A DNA stretch of 64,000 nt from an uncultured Gammaproteobacteria bacterium (GCA_963849825.1 CAWKIK010000003.1:179700-243699); one strand, 5' to 3'. Counted from the first letter of the stretch, positions 27,647-38,171 are shown. The notes: generated from the letters alone by a model not told the origin. Numbers and translations are program-made.

Positions 27647-28720
27647 TTACGAGGCGGCGGCACCCGAGGGGCTATGTTCCCGCCAGTCCTGATAGTTTTT
27701 GTACTTCAGATAGCCCTTTTCCAGGATGTAGCGAAGTACTCCACGCAGGCGGTGGAAGTGCACCACCGATGACACGCGAATGATCTCCTTCCCGCGCATG
27801 TCGTAGAAAACCAGGGTCGGCGCATAGTAGAGACCCAGCGCTTTGGCCCATTTCCGTGCCGTAGTGTGCTCCCCACCTGGGGTTATCACCGGCGACGGTG
27901 CCAGTCGGTTGAGTTGTACCACGTCGAACTTACGCAACAGTTCGCGAGTTTGGTCGCTGTTGAACGGCCCGGCGTGCAATACATCGCAAGCATGACATTC
28001 GGGCTGCTCGAATACGACCAGCAATGGCTGCTGGGCGGCAACTTTCGAACGGTCCAAGGCATAGGGAGGCGGGGAAAAAAATGACTCGTGGTTGAGTTCA
28101 CCCTCGCCGTGCAGCGACGGTTCGCCGCGGGCGAGATAGTGAGGAAAACTCTCTTGCCGATAATGCGCGTCAGCTACGAACTCCAGGGCGGCTCGCAGGT
28201 CATACGGCGGATGGTAGCCGACCAGCCGCAACACCTGCTTGCCCTCTGGATCGAAAAACACCAGAGTCGGCGTCAGTTGGGCTTCGTATTTGGCCGCATA
28301 ATCGCGTTCCGGCAACACCTTGCCATCCAGGCCGGTGACCAAGCGACTGCCCCGGGTATCGATGGCAATGATGTCGAAATGACGCTGGGTGTAGGTTTTG
28401 ATGTCTGTCTGGCCGAAATCCCGTTCCAGCAGTGCCTTGCAATAGGGGCAGTACTCCTGGCCGAAATAAATGATGAGGCCGCGCTTGCCTTCGTCGGCGG
28501 CATCTTTGACGTCGTCGCGAATATCGAGAAAGCTCACCTTGAACCAAGCAGGGATCTTTACCGGTTTCTTCAATGGGCTGTCATCGAAACCCGGTTGCAG
28601 GATATCGTCCGCGCTGTGGCCGGGCAGGGGAAGTAACACGCCGGACAGCAGAAAAAAACCGAGAATCACCTCGAACACTTTCGACCGGCGCGGGTCCCGG
28701 CTCCTTGTTGCCTGCATCAT
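27647..28720 (-). CDS. Periplasmic thioredoxin-fold protein with two thioredoxin-like modules (CPYC and CHAC motifs)
   Basis: Signal peptide; FGQEYCPYCKAL and FEQPECHACDVL Cxx(x)C motifs. Confidence 0.7.
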   Translation of the reverse strand: MMQATRSRDPRRSKVFEVILGFFLLSGVLLPLPGHSADDILQPGFDDSPLKKPVKIPAWFKVSFLDIRDDVKDAADEGKRGLIIYFGQEYCPYCKALLERDFGQTDIKTYTQRHFDIIAIDTRGSRLVTGLDGKVLPERDYAAKYEAQLTPTLVFFDPEGKQVLRLVGYHPPYDLRAALEFVADAHYRQESFPHYLARGEPSLHGEGELNHESFFSPPPYALDRSKVAAQQPLLVVFEQPECHACDVLHAGPFNSDQTRELLRKFDVVQLNRLAPSPVITPGGEHTTARKWAKALGLYYAPTLVFYDMRGKEIIRVSSVVHFHRLRGVLRYILEKGYLKYKNYQDWREHSPSGAAAS

Positions 28721-28722
28721 GA

Positions 28723-29115
28723 TTACATCACTCGCGCGACGGGTTCATCGGTGAGCATCAGCGTTTTACGCACGATATCGAGCGCCTCATCGGCGAACGC
28801 TTCTTCGTCACGCCAGCGATCGGATATACCCAAATCCTTCTCTGCGTTGCCGGTCAACACCCGCAGCTTGTGGGAGCCCTGGTCGCGCTGCGCTCGCGAT
28901 GCGCGCTCACAGATCACGTACATCAGCGGCGCTGTGTCGCCTTCCCTTACAGCCGCAAACACATACTGGTAACGGTTCGGGTCAGTTGATTCAATCTCCG
29001 CCAATAACACGCTATTGAATTCGCCGATCACATAACGCCGCTTGGGTATAGCGGTGGTGATATTGGGTGCATTCACGATTTCGTTTACCTCCGCGCCTGC
29101 GCCGCCATCAGGCAT
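28723..29115 (-). CDS. Hypothetical protein (130 aa)
   Basis: ORF with high GC3, tightly packed between the thioredoxin-like and DUF2835 genes; no recognised motif. Confidence 0.45.
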   Translation of the reverse strand: MPDGGAGAEVNEIVNAPNITTAIPKRRYVIGEFNSVLLAEIESTDPNRYQYVFAAVREGDTAPLMYVICERASRAQRDQGSHKLRVLTGNAEKDLGISDRWRDEEAFADEALDIVRKTLMLTDEPVARVM

Positions 29116-29344
29116 CGAGGCGCCGCAAGTCTAATATTCGATTGTTGCCATCGATTCGCAGCGCAAACAACCCATGGACGCCGTCCGGCCGCACGTGTGG
29201 ACGCAAAATGCTGGCCGGAAAACGCACACGCCGGCCTTCGAGGCTAATCGCCTGTATCGAACCCGCCTGCCCGGAGTAGTACGCCAAATATTGCCGACTG
29301 GACAAGTCGAGCCGGAAGCACAGTTCAGTGTAGGACTGATTCAT
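29108..29344 (-). CDS. DUF2835-family small protein
   Basis: 78 aa: FRLDLSSRQYLAYYSGQAGSIQAISLEGRRVRFPASILRPHVRPDGVHGLFALRID matches the DUF2835 pattern (YL.YY.G.A....DGR.V.FPA..LRPFV..DG..G.F). Confidence 0.6.
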   Translation of the reverse strand: MNQSYTELCFRLDLSSRQYLAYYSGQAGSIQAISLEGRRVRFPASILRPHVRPDGVHGLFALRIDGNNRILDLRRLDA

Positions 29345-29451
29345 GCTGCTCGGAGCGCGGGACGTCGTTTATACTGCAGGCGTGCATACACCGCTTCCTA
29401 CATTACTGTTGCAGGGCGTGAGTCCGCAAGCGACCGCGCGTAGCGAACCAC

Positions 29452-29796
29452 ATGTCCGGCTCGCCTAGCGAACAACGCTGCCGAGACTTCAGTTACCGAC
29501 TGCACCCGCAATCGGATACCCGCCAGGCGACGGTAGAGTTCGAAGGTGTGTTCGAGCAGCGACCAGTGCGCTGGTTGGCGACCATCATCAGCCTCGCCGA
29601 TGAACGCACCGAGGCGGCCTCGCAGCCAGAGCGTCCGTTCATCGAAGTCAATTCCCAGGGCGCGAGTGAAGAAGGCGTCGTAATGGTAAAGGTTGGGCTG
29701 CGTGTCGCACAGATCGACCCCCCGACCATCTGCAAAACCATTATTATGTTGCGCAAATACAAACGCCTGCGGCGCGGTCGGATGGAGTTCGGGTGA
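29452..29796 (+). CDS. Hypothetical protein (114 aa), divergent from the DUF2835 gene
   Basis: High GC3 codon usage and an ATG start; no homology signal recognised. Low confidence. Confidence 0.3.
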   Translation: MSGSPSEQRCRDFSYRLHPQSDTRQATVEFEGVFEQRPVRWLATIISLADERTEAASQPERPFIEVNSQGASEEGVVMVKVGLRVAQIDPPTICKTIIMLRKYKRLRRGRMEFG

Positions 29797-29838
29797 GCAC
29801 CCGTTTGCGGTGCGAGCTCGCGTGTGCCGGGTCGAATG

Positions 29839-30429
29839 CTAGGCGGATCGCATAACGCGCTGCTCAAGACGATCCCAACTGGCCTGCAAATTGGGCGGTA
29901 CCGCAACATCGCTCGCCGCCAGTTCCTTCGCTAATTCTGCCAGCATGAATACGCCTGCAGGAAGCTGTCTCGGGAATCGGCCAGCGTCCGTAAACACCAC
30001 TACGCCCTGCACATCCGCCTCAGGCACCAAAGCGCGCACCGCCGCTTCGCGGGCTCGATTGCGATACAGCGGATTATCGAATTTATAACTACGGCCATCG
30101 ACGACCTGCGTCCAGACGTCCGTGTTTTGGCCGCCGAACAGCATGCCACGGTAGTCCTTGACGTCGACGACCAGGATACGCCTGCCACTGAGCACCAGAA
30201 AATCCGCGTGGATTCGACCCTCGACTGAATCCGGCACCAATACATCGGCCATCACCTTGGTGCCCAGAGCCCGTATCGCGCGTCGCAGCGTGCGGGCTTG
30301 CCGGGTACGCCGGTAACGCAACGCGACCGCCAACAACACGAGCACCAGCACACCGCCCCAAGCCCAGAGCCATGGCATTTCGTGCAGCGATGTGAGCAAC
30401 ATTTGCGGGGTTCGAGCAATCGATTCCAT
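29839..30429 (-). CDS. NERD (nuclease-related domain) protein, membrane-anchored
   Basis: N-terminal TM helix then GRIHADFLVLSGRRILVVDVKDYRGMLFGGQNTDVWTQ...NPLYRNRAREAAVRAL, a NERD-like pattern. The upstream part of the ORF-track ORF (to 30522) is probably not translated. Confidence 0.55.
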   Translation of the reverse strand: MESIARTPQMLLTSLHEMPWLWAWGGVLVLVLLAVALRYRRTRQARTLRRAIRALGTKVMADVLVPDSVEGRIHADFLVLSGRRILVVDVKDYRGMLFGGQNTDVWTQVVDGRSYKFDNPLYRNRAREAAVRALVPEADVQGVVVFTDAGRFPRQLPAGVFMLAELAKELAASDVAVPPNLQASWDRLEQRVMRSA

Positions 30430-30559
30430 GAACGATGATCGGCCTGGATGATGACTTGGCAGCGGGCAATCATAACGGAAGCAAACACCCCGACAAAGTG
30501 CCGGTTGAACCCCTTCCGTCAAGTGCGCATACTGGCGCGTACACCAACAATCACTGGAT

Positions 30560-32554
30560 GTGACCTCTCATATGCCTGCGGTCCTCGAGTCCCTCGAACT
30601 TTGCCGCAAGTGGATCCCTCGTCTGATCGTCTTGTGGCTGGCGCTGCCGGCGTTACCGGTCCAAGCCGACGACCAGCTGGCCGGTGCGCGCTATCAATTC
30701 ATCGCCGCGGAACAGGCACTGGATCACGGCGACCGCGCGGTCTACGAATCCTTGCTACGCTCGCTGCGAAATTATCCGCTCTACCCTTATTTGGTCTACG
30801 ACGACCTGCGCAAGCGGCTCGCCACAAACCCAGCCACCGACATCAAACGATTCCTGCACGATTATGCCGACACCCCTCTGGCCCCGCGGCTGGAGCAGGC
30901 CTGGTTGTCCTATTTGTATCAAAACGGAAAATGGCAAGCGTACGTCGATCATGCACAGGGCAGCGGCTCGCTCGACGACGACTGCATGCGCCGTCATGCA
31001 TTGCTCGAACTCCATCATCGCAAGCAAGCGTTGCAGGGCATCGAGGATCTGTGGTTGCACGGGTTTTCACTTCCCGACAGTTGCGACCATGCCCTGAACG
31101 CATGGGCCGACAGCGGTGGGATCAGTAGTGATTTGGCGTGGCAGCGAATCGGGCTGGCGATGGCCGAAGGCAACGTCGGTCTTGCGCGGTATCTGCGCCG
31201 TTACCTCCCTCAGGCACAACGACCTCTGCTGGAAACATGGTACGAGCTGTACCGTAACCCGGAGAACATCGCCGATGCTGATTTGCACGATGCCGCTGGG
31301 CGGGCGCGCGAAATCGCCTTTAACGTAACGGCCCGACTGGCACGCCAGGACCCGGACCAGGCAGCGGCGTTGTGGCCCCAGCTGGTGCAACGCTTCGCGT
31401 TCGACGCCGATCAACAACATCGCTTGCAGCGAAGGATTGCCCTTTCGTTCGCCTACGCCGGCAACGCCGCGGCTCTGGACTGGTTCGCTAGAATTCCCGC
31501 CGACAGCAGCGATCGATACGTGCGCTATTGGCGCGTACGCGCAGCCTTGGCGCAGCAGGATTGGGCCGCCGTGCTGCATTGGATCGGTCAGCTCACGCCG
31601 GCAGAGCAAATCGAGGAGCGTTGGAAGTATTGGCGAGCACGCGCCCTGGAGGCGAGCGGCAAGAAATCGGAAGCCGACCGATTGTATAAGGAGATCGCCC
31701 AGTCGCGGAGCTATGAAGGGTTTCTGGCCGCGGACCGCATGCGGATCCCCTACTCTCTCGACAATAAACCGCTGCAGTTTTCCCAGTCCGAACTGCGTCG
31801 ATTCGCGGCGCGCCCGGCGTTGCAACGTGCGCACGAGTTATTGATACTGGATCGCAAGCTGGACGCTCGGCGCGAATGGTACGCGGCGATGCAGCACTTC
31901 AACGACCGTGAATTGGAGCTTGCCGCGACCTTGGCGCACGATTGGGGCTGGCATGACCGGGCAATATTGACGGTCAGCCGCGCCGGCTACTGGGACGATC
32001 TGGACCTGCGTTTCCCGTTACCCTATTTGCAGACGGTGAAAATGCGCTCGGAGGCCGCGGGTATCAACGATGCCTGGACCTATGCCGTTATCCGCCGCGA
32101 AAGTGCGTTCAATACGGACGCTCATTCCCATCGAGGCGCCGTCGGGCTGATGCAGCTGCTGCCCAGCACGGCTCGGCACGTTGCGCGCGCCGTCAATCAT
32201 CGGCTGCATGCAGTAGCGGACTTGTATAAGGCGGATGTCAACATCCGCTACGGGACCGAGTACCTGCGCATGATCCTGCAACGGTTCGGTGATCACCCCG
32301 TCCTGGCCACCGCCGCCTACAACGCGGGGCCGTATCGCGTCGAGACCTGGCTGCCCGCCCACGACACCGTGCCCGCGGATATCTGGGTGGAAACCGTCCC
32401 GTACAACGAAACCCGCGAGTATCTGCGCAATGTCCTCGCATATACCGCGATTTACGAAAAGCGAATGGGGCGGGAAGCCACGCCGTTGACCCAACGCATG
32501 CCACCGGTAACGCCGCAGGCGCAGAATGAACGGAACGACGACGGCGCGGAATGA
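30560..32554 (+). CDS. slt: Soluble lytic murein transglycosylase (Slt70 family)
   Basis: Signal peptide, long superhelical domain, and C-terminal lysozyme-like domain with ESAFNTDAHSHRGAVGLMQLLPSTA plus AYNAGP motifs. Confidence 0.88.
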   Translation: MTSHMPAVLESLELCRKWIPRLIVLWLALPALPVQADDQLAGARYQFIAAEQALDHGDRAVYESLLRSLRNYPLYPYLVYDDLRKRLATNPATDIKRFLHDYADTPLAPRLEQAWLSYLYQNGKWQAYVDHAQGSGSLDDDCMRRHALLELHHRKQALQGIEDLWLHGFSLPDSCDHALNAWADSGGISSDLAWQRIGLAMAEGNVGLARYLRRYLPQAQRPLLETWYELYRNPENIADADLHDAAGRAREIAFNVTARLARQDPDQAAALWPQLVQRFAFDADQQHRLQRRIALSFAYAGNAAALDWFARIPADSSDRYVRYWRVRAALAQQDWAAVLHWIGQLTPAEQIEERWKYWRARALEASGKKSEADRLYKEIAQSRSYEGFLAADRMRIPYSLDNKPLQFSQSELRRFAARPALQRAHELLILDRKLDARREWYAAMQHFNDRELELAATLAHDWGWHDRAILTVSRAGYWDDLDLRFPLPYLQTVKMRSEAAGINDAWTYAVIRRESAFNTDAHSHRGAVGLMQLLPSTARHVARAVNHRLHAVADLYKADVNIRYGTEYLRMILQRFGDHPVLATAAYNAGPYRVETWLPAHDTVPADIWVETVPYNETREYLRNVLAYTAIYEKRMGREATPLTQRMPPVTPQAQNERNDDGAE

Positions 32555-33344
32555 GGGCTATCGCGGCCGTCTGTTATACCGCAGCGAGACCACAGATACG
32601 ATCGTCGAAGTCGTCGAGACGGACACCACCAGAGCGATGCACTTCGGCACGCCGGCGCGCCAGAGCTGCATGTGGCTGCACGACCCGCTGCAACTGCAAT
32701 TGCCCTACACCCGGTCCATGATGAGTTTTCTGCTGCTGCTGCCCGACGTGCCCCGAAGGGTGCTCTTACTCGGACTTGGCGGCGGCTCCATCGCCAAATT
32801 TTTATTGCACCAGTTTCCGCAATGCGAGATCCACGCCGTGGAACGCAGCAGCGAAGTAATCGCCGTCGCACGGCGCTATTTCGCGTTGCCGGAGTCCGAA
32901 CGATTACAAGTGCATGCCGTCTGCGCCGAGGATTTTGTTGCCCATGGCGCGATTGCCGGACAATACGACGCGGTACTGGTGGATACCTTCGACAGCGCCG
33001 GCGCCGCGCACTGCATGGGCCAGCAAGCCTTCATAGATCAATGCAAATCTGCGTTGAACGAGCAAGGAGCGTTGGCGATCAATCTGTGGCGGGGACGCGC
33101 CACCGGCTATCGCGACACGCTGACGGCAATGACGCGAGCGTTCGCAAAAACCCCCTTCCAACTGACGGTGCCGAAACGAGGCAACATGATTGCGCTTGCC
33201 AGCCGGAAATGGGAAAGCTGCAAGTTGGAACGACTGCACGCCCGCGCTCAGAGCTATGAACGAAGTCTGCAACTCGACTTCACAGACTATTTGCGCAACC
33301 TGCGCCGCGGCCGCAGCGGTTGGATTCGCTGGCTGCGGCGTTAA
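32526..33344 (+). CDS. Spermidine-synthase-like SAM-dependent transferase
   Basis: VLLLGLGGGSIAKFL glycine-rich motif, DAVLVDTFDS acidic motif, polyamine-aminopropyltransferase-like length. Confidence 0.6.
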   Translation: MNGTTTARNEGYRGRLLYRSETTDTIVEVVETDTTRAMHFGTPARQSCMWLHDPLQLQLPYTRSMMSFLLLLPDVPRRVLLLGLGGGSIAKFLLHQFPQCEIHAVERSSEVIAVARRYFALPESERLQVHAVCAEDFVAHGAIAGQYDAVLVDTFDSAGAAHCMGQQAFIDQCKSALNEQGALAINLWRGRATGYRDTLTAMTRAFAKTPFQLTVPKRGNMIALASRKWESCKLERLHARAQSYERSLQLDFTDYLRNLRRGRSGWIRWLRR

Positions 33345-33357
33345 CCGAAGCCTTTCG

Positions 33358-34362
33358 CTACATCCAATGCTTGCGGCGTAACAACCAAAGCTGCATCGCC
33401 GCCAAACCTCCGAGCAGGAAACACACCGCCAAAAAACCATAATGGTATTCGGCTCCCGGGATGCCGCCGACATTGATCCCCAGCAGGCCGGTCACGAAAC
33501 CCAGGGGCAAGAACAAGGCGGCAACCATCGAGAGCACGTACATCCGCCGATCCATTTGTTCGGATAAACGACTGCTGAGTTCCTCCTGGGTTACCGCGGC
33601 ACGCTCGCGCGCGGCGTCCAAATCCTCCACGTATCGGGTTACCCGGTCACCCACTTCCCGCAGCCGCATGCGGTCCTGCGCGTGCAGCCATTCCGCCTGC
33701 TCCTGTATCAGGCGCGCCATGGCCTCGCGCTGCGGCGCCAGATAGCGGCGAAGGCTGATGATTTGACGCCGCACATCGGCTAGCAGCGGCCTCAGGCGAT
33801 AACTTTCCGAGACCAGAATCTGATCTTCGAGTTCGGCCACGCGCTCGTCGATGCCGTCGATGACATCGGCCATGCGCGCCACCATCCGATCCGAGATCTG
33901 CACCAGAAACTCGCCCGCGCTGCGGGGCCCGCGGCCGGCCGCGATCGCCGCGCGCAGGTCTTCAACCGACAACAGGTGCCGATGCCGCGCCGTAACGATC
34001 CGATGACGGTTCGCCCAAATACGGATCGACACCATGTCTTCAGGCTCTGCGTTGGGATTGAGATTCACTCCGCGCAGCAGCACCAGCAGACCATCGCCCG
34101 CCGGCACGCTGCGCGGACGGGTTTCTTCCTGCAGTAGATTGTCTACCGCCACGGGATCGAGACCACTGTGTTCGCGCACCCAGCGACGGGCATTGTCACT
34201 GGTGTAGTCCAGGTGCACCCACAACACGCCCCGCTCGGGTTGCCAGGCCTCGATCTGCGGCCAGTCGCAAGCCGCGGCGCCCCCCTGGCCATCCAACAAA
34301 TAGGCAGCAATCAGTCCGTCATTGGTGAACATACGAGCCCCGTTAGTTGCCGATTTGCCCAA
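33358..34362 (-). CDS. zntB: CorA-family divalent metal transporter, ZntB-like (GIN motif variant)
   Basis: Two C-terminal TM helices with LGFVTGLLGINVGGIPG (GxN motif with Ile, as in ZntB rather than the CorA GMN). Confidence 0.7.
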   Translation of the reverse strand: MGKSATNGARMFTNDGLIAAYLLDGQGGAAACDWPQIEAWQPERGVLWVHLDYTSDNARRWVREHSGLDPVAVDNLLQEETRPRSVPAGDGLLVLLRGVNLNPNAEPEDMVSIRIWANRHRIVTARHRHLLSVEDLRAAIAAGRGPRSAGEFLVQISDRMVARMADVIDGIDERVAELEDQILVSESYRLRPLLADVRRQIISLRRYLAPQREAMARLIQEQAEWLHAQDRMRLREVGDRVTRYVEDLDAARERAAVTQEELSSRLSEQMDRRMYVLSMVAALFLPLGFVTGLLGINVGGIPGAEYHYGFLAVCFLLGGLAAMQLWLLRRKHWM

Positions 34363-34468
34363 GAAAAGATTCGCCGCACGAGTTTACACAATTTCCATGC
34401 GTATTTTTGGCCTCGGAGCCCATAGGCATTATCATGGCAATATCCAACTCATATTTTCGAGGGATTTT

Positions 34469-35497
34469 ATGTCGAGCGTTACCTCTAGAGCGCTAGCCAC
34501 GATGCTGGCTGGCGCCATGTCCTGTTCCGTGCTTGCCGACACGGTTACGCTTCGCAATGGCGATCGCATTTCCGGCAAAGTAATACGCAAAGAAGACCAG
34601 AATCTGGTGTTCAAAACGCCGTATGCCGGCGAAATCAAAATCCACTGGATCGACATCAGTGGCATTACGACCGACAAGCCGGTACAAGTCATGCTCAAGG
34701 ACGATACCGGCCTCAACGCCACTTTTCGAAACGCGGATGAGCCAGGAAAGGTAACATTGAAAGCGGGTGAGATCATCGAAACCGCGCCAATCGCTCTGGA
34801 CAAAGTTGCCTACATCAATCCGTCACCGGCGGTAAGCGGCAAGGGCGTAGAGTTCACCGGACACGTCAAACTCGGTGTGAATGCCACCTCCGGCAACAGC
34901 GAAACCAAGAATCTGTACCTGGATACCGAAATGGTGGCAAGGACCAAGGAGAATCGCTACACCGTAGGCGCCACCGCCCAACGCAGCAGCGAAGACGGCA
35001 ACAAGACCGCAGACCGATCAACGATTTACAGCAAATACGATCACTTCCTCAGCGAAAAACGCTATCTCTATACCAACGCCTCCTTCATTCGGGATCACTT
35101 CAAGGACCTCAATTTGCGCAGCGTGCTCGGCGGTGGTCTGGGACATCAGTTCGTCGAATCGAAGCGCAAGAATCTATCACTCGAGGGAGGTCTGACCTAC
35201 GTCAACGAGGATTTCACGTCGGCCGCGGATGATTCATTCATCGCGGCACGCTGGGCGCTGAATTACGACCAGTTTTTCTTCAACGACCGCCTGCAGTTTT
35301 TCCACAAGCATGAAGGCATTCAAAGCCTCGAGAATTCGGAAGATCTGATCATACGCAGCGAGACGGGGGTGCGTGTACCATTGATGCACAACCTCGACAC
35401 TTCAGTACAAGTGAACGTGGATTGGGATCGCAGCCCGCCCCCCGGCACCGAGCAGACCGATCTGACTTACCTGCTTACCGTCGGCTACAATTGGTAG
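34469..35497 (+). CDS. DUF481-family outer-membrane beta-barrel protein (YdiY-like)
   Basis: Signal peptide MSSVTSRALATMLAGAMSCSVLA (start at ATG 34469 with a GAGGGA SD; the ORF-track start 34322 over-extends), then alternating beta-strand pattern ending in aromatic ...TVGYNW. Confidence 0.65.
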   Translation: MSSVTSRALATMLAGAMSCSVLADTVTLRNGDRISGKVIRKEDQNLVFKTPYAGEIKIHWIDISGITTDKPVQVMLKDDTGLNATFRNADEPGKVTLKAGEIIETAPIALDKVAYINPSPAVSGKGVEFTGHVKLGVNATSGNSETKNLYLDTEMVARTKENRYTVGATAQRSSEDGNKTADRSTIYSKYDHFLSEKRYLYTNASFIRDHFKDLNLRSVLGGGLGHQFVESKRKNLSLEGGLTYVNEDFTSAADDSFIAARWALNYDQFFFNDRLQFFHKHEGIQSLENSEDLIIRSETGVRVPLMHNLDTSVQVNVDWDRSPPPGTEQTDLTYLLTVGYNW

Positions 35498-35621
35498 GGG
35501 ATCAAGCGCTCACGAGCGATAATATCGACCGGAATTCTGCACGGGACGGAGCACAACACCCTGTGTGCTCCGATGGGGGATGCAACTCATCCGCTGTTCA
35601 TTGCCAAAAAGCTAAGTATCC

Positions 35622-38123
35622 ATGCGCGAGCCGGCGTCTTCGCAGACCATAGAGTCTCGCTCGATGTTCCGCAGCGCGTGGCTGTGGTCGTTTATATTCC
35701 TTTTGCTATTGGTAGCCATAGCCTTGGTGGGTATGCCTTATGCACTGCGCTACGGGATCGAACAGTGGTTTTATGCGCACAACGCCACCGATGTCACCAT
35801 CGGCGAGATGGAGAGCAACCCGTTCAAAGGCACGGTCCACATCCGTCAGCTGGAGGTCGAGGGTGACGATGGCGACATCCTGAGCGCTGATGATCTTCGG
35901 CTGCGATTTCTCTGGCAAAGCCTGTGGCGCCATCGCCTGAAGTTCGACACGGTTACCCTGCACGGCGCCAACCTGCGTTTTGACAAGCCCGCGATCGCAT
36001 CGCTGCGTCGCAGCCGCGATCGAGACTGGCCAGTCGAAATCGGGAATTTGCGGCTCTCCGACGTCGAACTCCTGCTGCCCGTCGGTGCGCAGCGCATCCC
36101 ATGGCGCATTCGAGAAGGTACGCTGTCGCCCTGGTCGAGCAATGCACAAGACCGCAGCAGCGTGATGCTGGAGGGTGATTTCGCAGGCGCTCCGCTACGC
36201 CTGCACGGGACATTCAAGCTGGCGGCCGATGTTCCCGAAGGCGAAGGAGAAATCGAGCTCGACAATCTCGATTTGGCTCGCATCGCGCAGGTCGCTCCGG
36301 CGCTGCGCGAACTACACGGCCTAGCTGTTGCCAGACTGCGCTTGCGATTACTGCGCGATGTCCAAGACCACGTGCAGTTGGCCAATGAGGGCACGATACG
36401 CGTTCATGACCTGCGCGTCGCCGGCGAAGACGCAAAACTGGAGAGTGGCGAATCCGTCTGGGCCGGAGAAGGGGAACTGCAACTGACAGGTAGCGGCGCC
36501 GGTTTCCACCAGCAAGGGCAATGGAAATCGACACAACTTCAGCTGACGATTCCCGGCGGGACAGTGCGGACCGACTCGACGGAATGGCACGGCCGCTTGG
36601 ACGCCAAGGTGCATCTTGGTCGGCCGCCGACGGTCTCCGCCGACGGCGCACTGGAAATGCAGTCCGTTGCCTTGCATCGCACGCGAACGGATCTGTCGGT
36701 ACAGACCCGGCGCGTCCAATGGCAAGGCGTACTCAGTGAAGGCGCACTCGACGTTCCGGGCGGCGTTTCCGCGGCAGGGCAGCTACAGCTATTCGATCTG
36801 CATGTGCAACGTCCAAAGCGCCAAATCGCATTGCTGGACGCCACTCAAGCGTCGCTGCGCGATCTGGACATGAAAGGCACGTACAGCGTCACCGCAAGGT
36901 CGCTCGAACTGATGCATTATCGTGTCGACGTTCCGACACCCCACACCCGCGCGCCACTCGCACACGGTGAGTCTGCACTGTTCGAGCAACTCGCACTCAC
37001 CGGTCCTCAGCGCTTCTCCGCCGAGCGCCTCGAACTCGGTGATTTTCATCTTCTGCTACGCAAACAAGCCGACGGACAATGGTTGGGGGTGGGCCTGCCG
37101 GCGCAATCGAGCGCGGCGACATCCGGTTCCGATACCTATTGGCGAATCGACCGTGTCGTCGTCGAAAACGGCAACAATACCTTGCAATTCGAGGATCAGA
37201 GCGTCCAGCCTTCCTTCGCGAGGACCATAAAACTACAGCATTTCTCCCTGGCTGAACTCGACAGCGCCGAACCGCTTCGACTGAGCCCGATGGCACTGCA
37301 GGGTGCCATCGGGGATGGCACGCGCATCGTAGCAGTCGGCAAACTGCGTCCGTTCGCGGAGCACCTGAACCTCGCGCTGAAGACCAAAATCTATAGCCTG
37401 CCGCTAGCGCCCCTGAGCCCCTACAGCAGAAAGCATCTAGGAATCGAGATCAATGCCGGAAAGCTGGACGTCGAATCGACCCTTCATGTAATTGACGGGG
37501 CCCTGCGCAGCGACAACCAGCTTGTCTCGCGCGGAATGCGCATGCGGGCGTCGGGCGAACCGTCGTCCGCGGTGCGCGAACAGCTGGGCATGCCAGTGCC
37601 GGTCGCACTCGCACTGCTACGGGCCCCCGATCAGGTACAGCGAGTCGAGATGCCCTTACGCGGCGACCTCGAGGCACCGGACTTCGATCTCGGCCTAGCC
37701 TTCGAGCAAGCGCTCAGCAGCACCCTGCGTGACGCCGCGCTGAGCACCGTGCGCAATACGCTGCAGCCATTCGGCATCGCTGAAGCCGGCAATAGCGTTC
37801 TGAACGGCACAGGACTGCTCCTGGAGCCGCTTCTGTTTCGCGCTGGTTCGACGGAGCTTAATCCGGTGACCGAAACCTATCTGAGGCGTCTGGCGGCATT
37901 GTTGCAGCAGCGACCTGCGGTGCGCTTGCAAATATGCGCCATAACGACCGAAAACGACCGCGCGGCTGCGAACGCAGCATCGACCCTGACGCAGAACCGT
38001 ACTACGGCGGTGATGAACGTTTTGACCCGAAACTACGGCATCGGCCAGGAGCGTTTACAATCCTGTGCGCGCAACGCGACCACCGACACCGGGCGACCGC
38101 GCGCAGAACTGAGGCTACAGTGA
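35622..38123 (+). CDS. AsmA-like / DUF748 inner-membrane-anchored envelope protein with C-terminal OmpA-like region
   Basis: N-terminal TM anchor (probable start ATG 35664, MFRSAWLWSFIFLLLLVAIALVG), long beta-rich repetitive body typical of the AsmA/DUF748 family. Confidence 0.6.
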   Translation: MREPASSQTIESRSMFRSAWLWSFIFLLLLVAIALVGMPYALRYGIEQWFYAHNATDVTIGEMESNPFKGTVHIRQLEVEGDDGDILSADDLRLRFLWQSLWRHRLKFDTVTLHGANLRFDKPAIASLRRSRDRDWPVEIGNLRLSDVELLLPVGAQRIPWRIREGTLSPWSSNAQDRSSVMLEGDFAGAPLRLHGTFKLAADVPEGEGEIELDNLDLARIAQVAPALRELHGLAVARLRLRLLRDVQDHVQLANEGTIRVHDLRVAGEDAKLESGESVWAGEGELQLTGSGAGFHQQGQWKSTQLQLTIPGGTVRTDSTEWHGRLDAKVHLGRPPTVSADGALEMQSVALHRTRTDLSVQTRRVQWQGVLSEGALDVPGGVSAAGQLQLFDLHVQRPKRQIALLDATQASLRDLDMKGTYSVTARSLELMHYRVDVPTPHTRAPLAHGESALFEQLALTGPQRFSAERLELGDFHLLLRKQADGQWLGVGLPAQSSAATSGSDTYWRIDRVVVENGNNTLQFEDQSVQPSFARTIKLQHFSLAELDSAEPLRLSPMALQGAIGDGTRIVAVGKLRPFAEHLNLALKTKIYSLPLAPLSPYSRKHLGIEINAGKLDVESTLHVIDGALRSDNQLVSRGMRMRASGEPSSAVREQLGMPVPVALALLRAPDQVQRVEMPLRGDLEAPDFDLGLAFEQALSSTLRDAALSTVRNTLQPFGIAEAGNSVLNGTGLLLEPLLFRAGSTELNPVTETYLRRLAALLQQRPAVRLQICAITTENDRAAANAASTLTQNRTTAVMNVLTRNYGIGQERLQSCARNATTDTGRPRAELRLQ

Positions 38124-38171
38124 AGCGCGGCGGTTGGCCGACCAGAGTCAAACCCGAACGGCGGCATCGAT

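Noticed and set aside
29493-29909. Minus-strand 138-aa ORF overlapping the NERD gene 3' end
   Set aside because: Low-complexity Ser/Thr/Arg-rich product, no SD, overlaps a better-supported gene. I also translated the third minus frame here, which looked protein-like but has no possible start codon.
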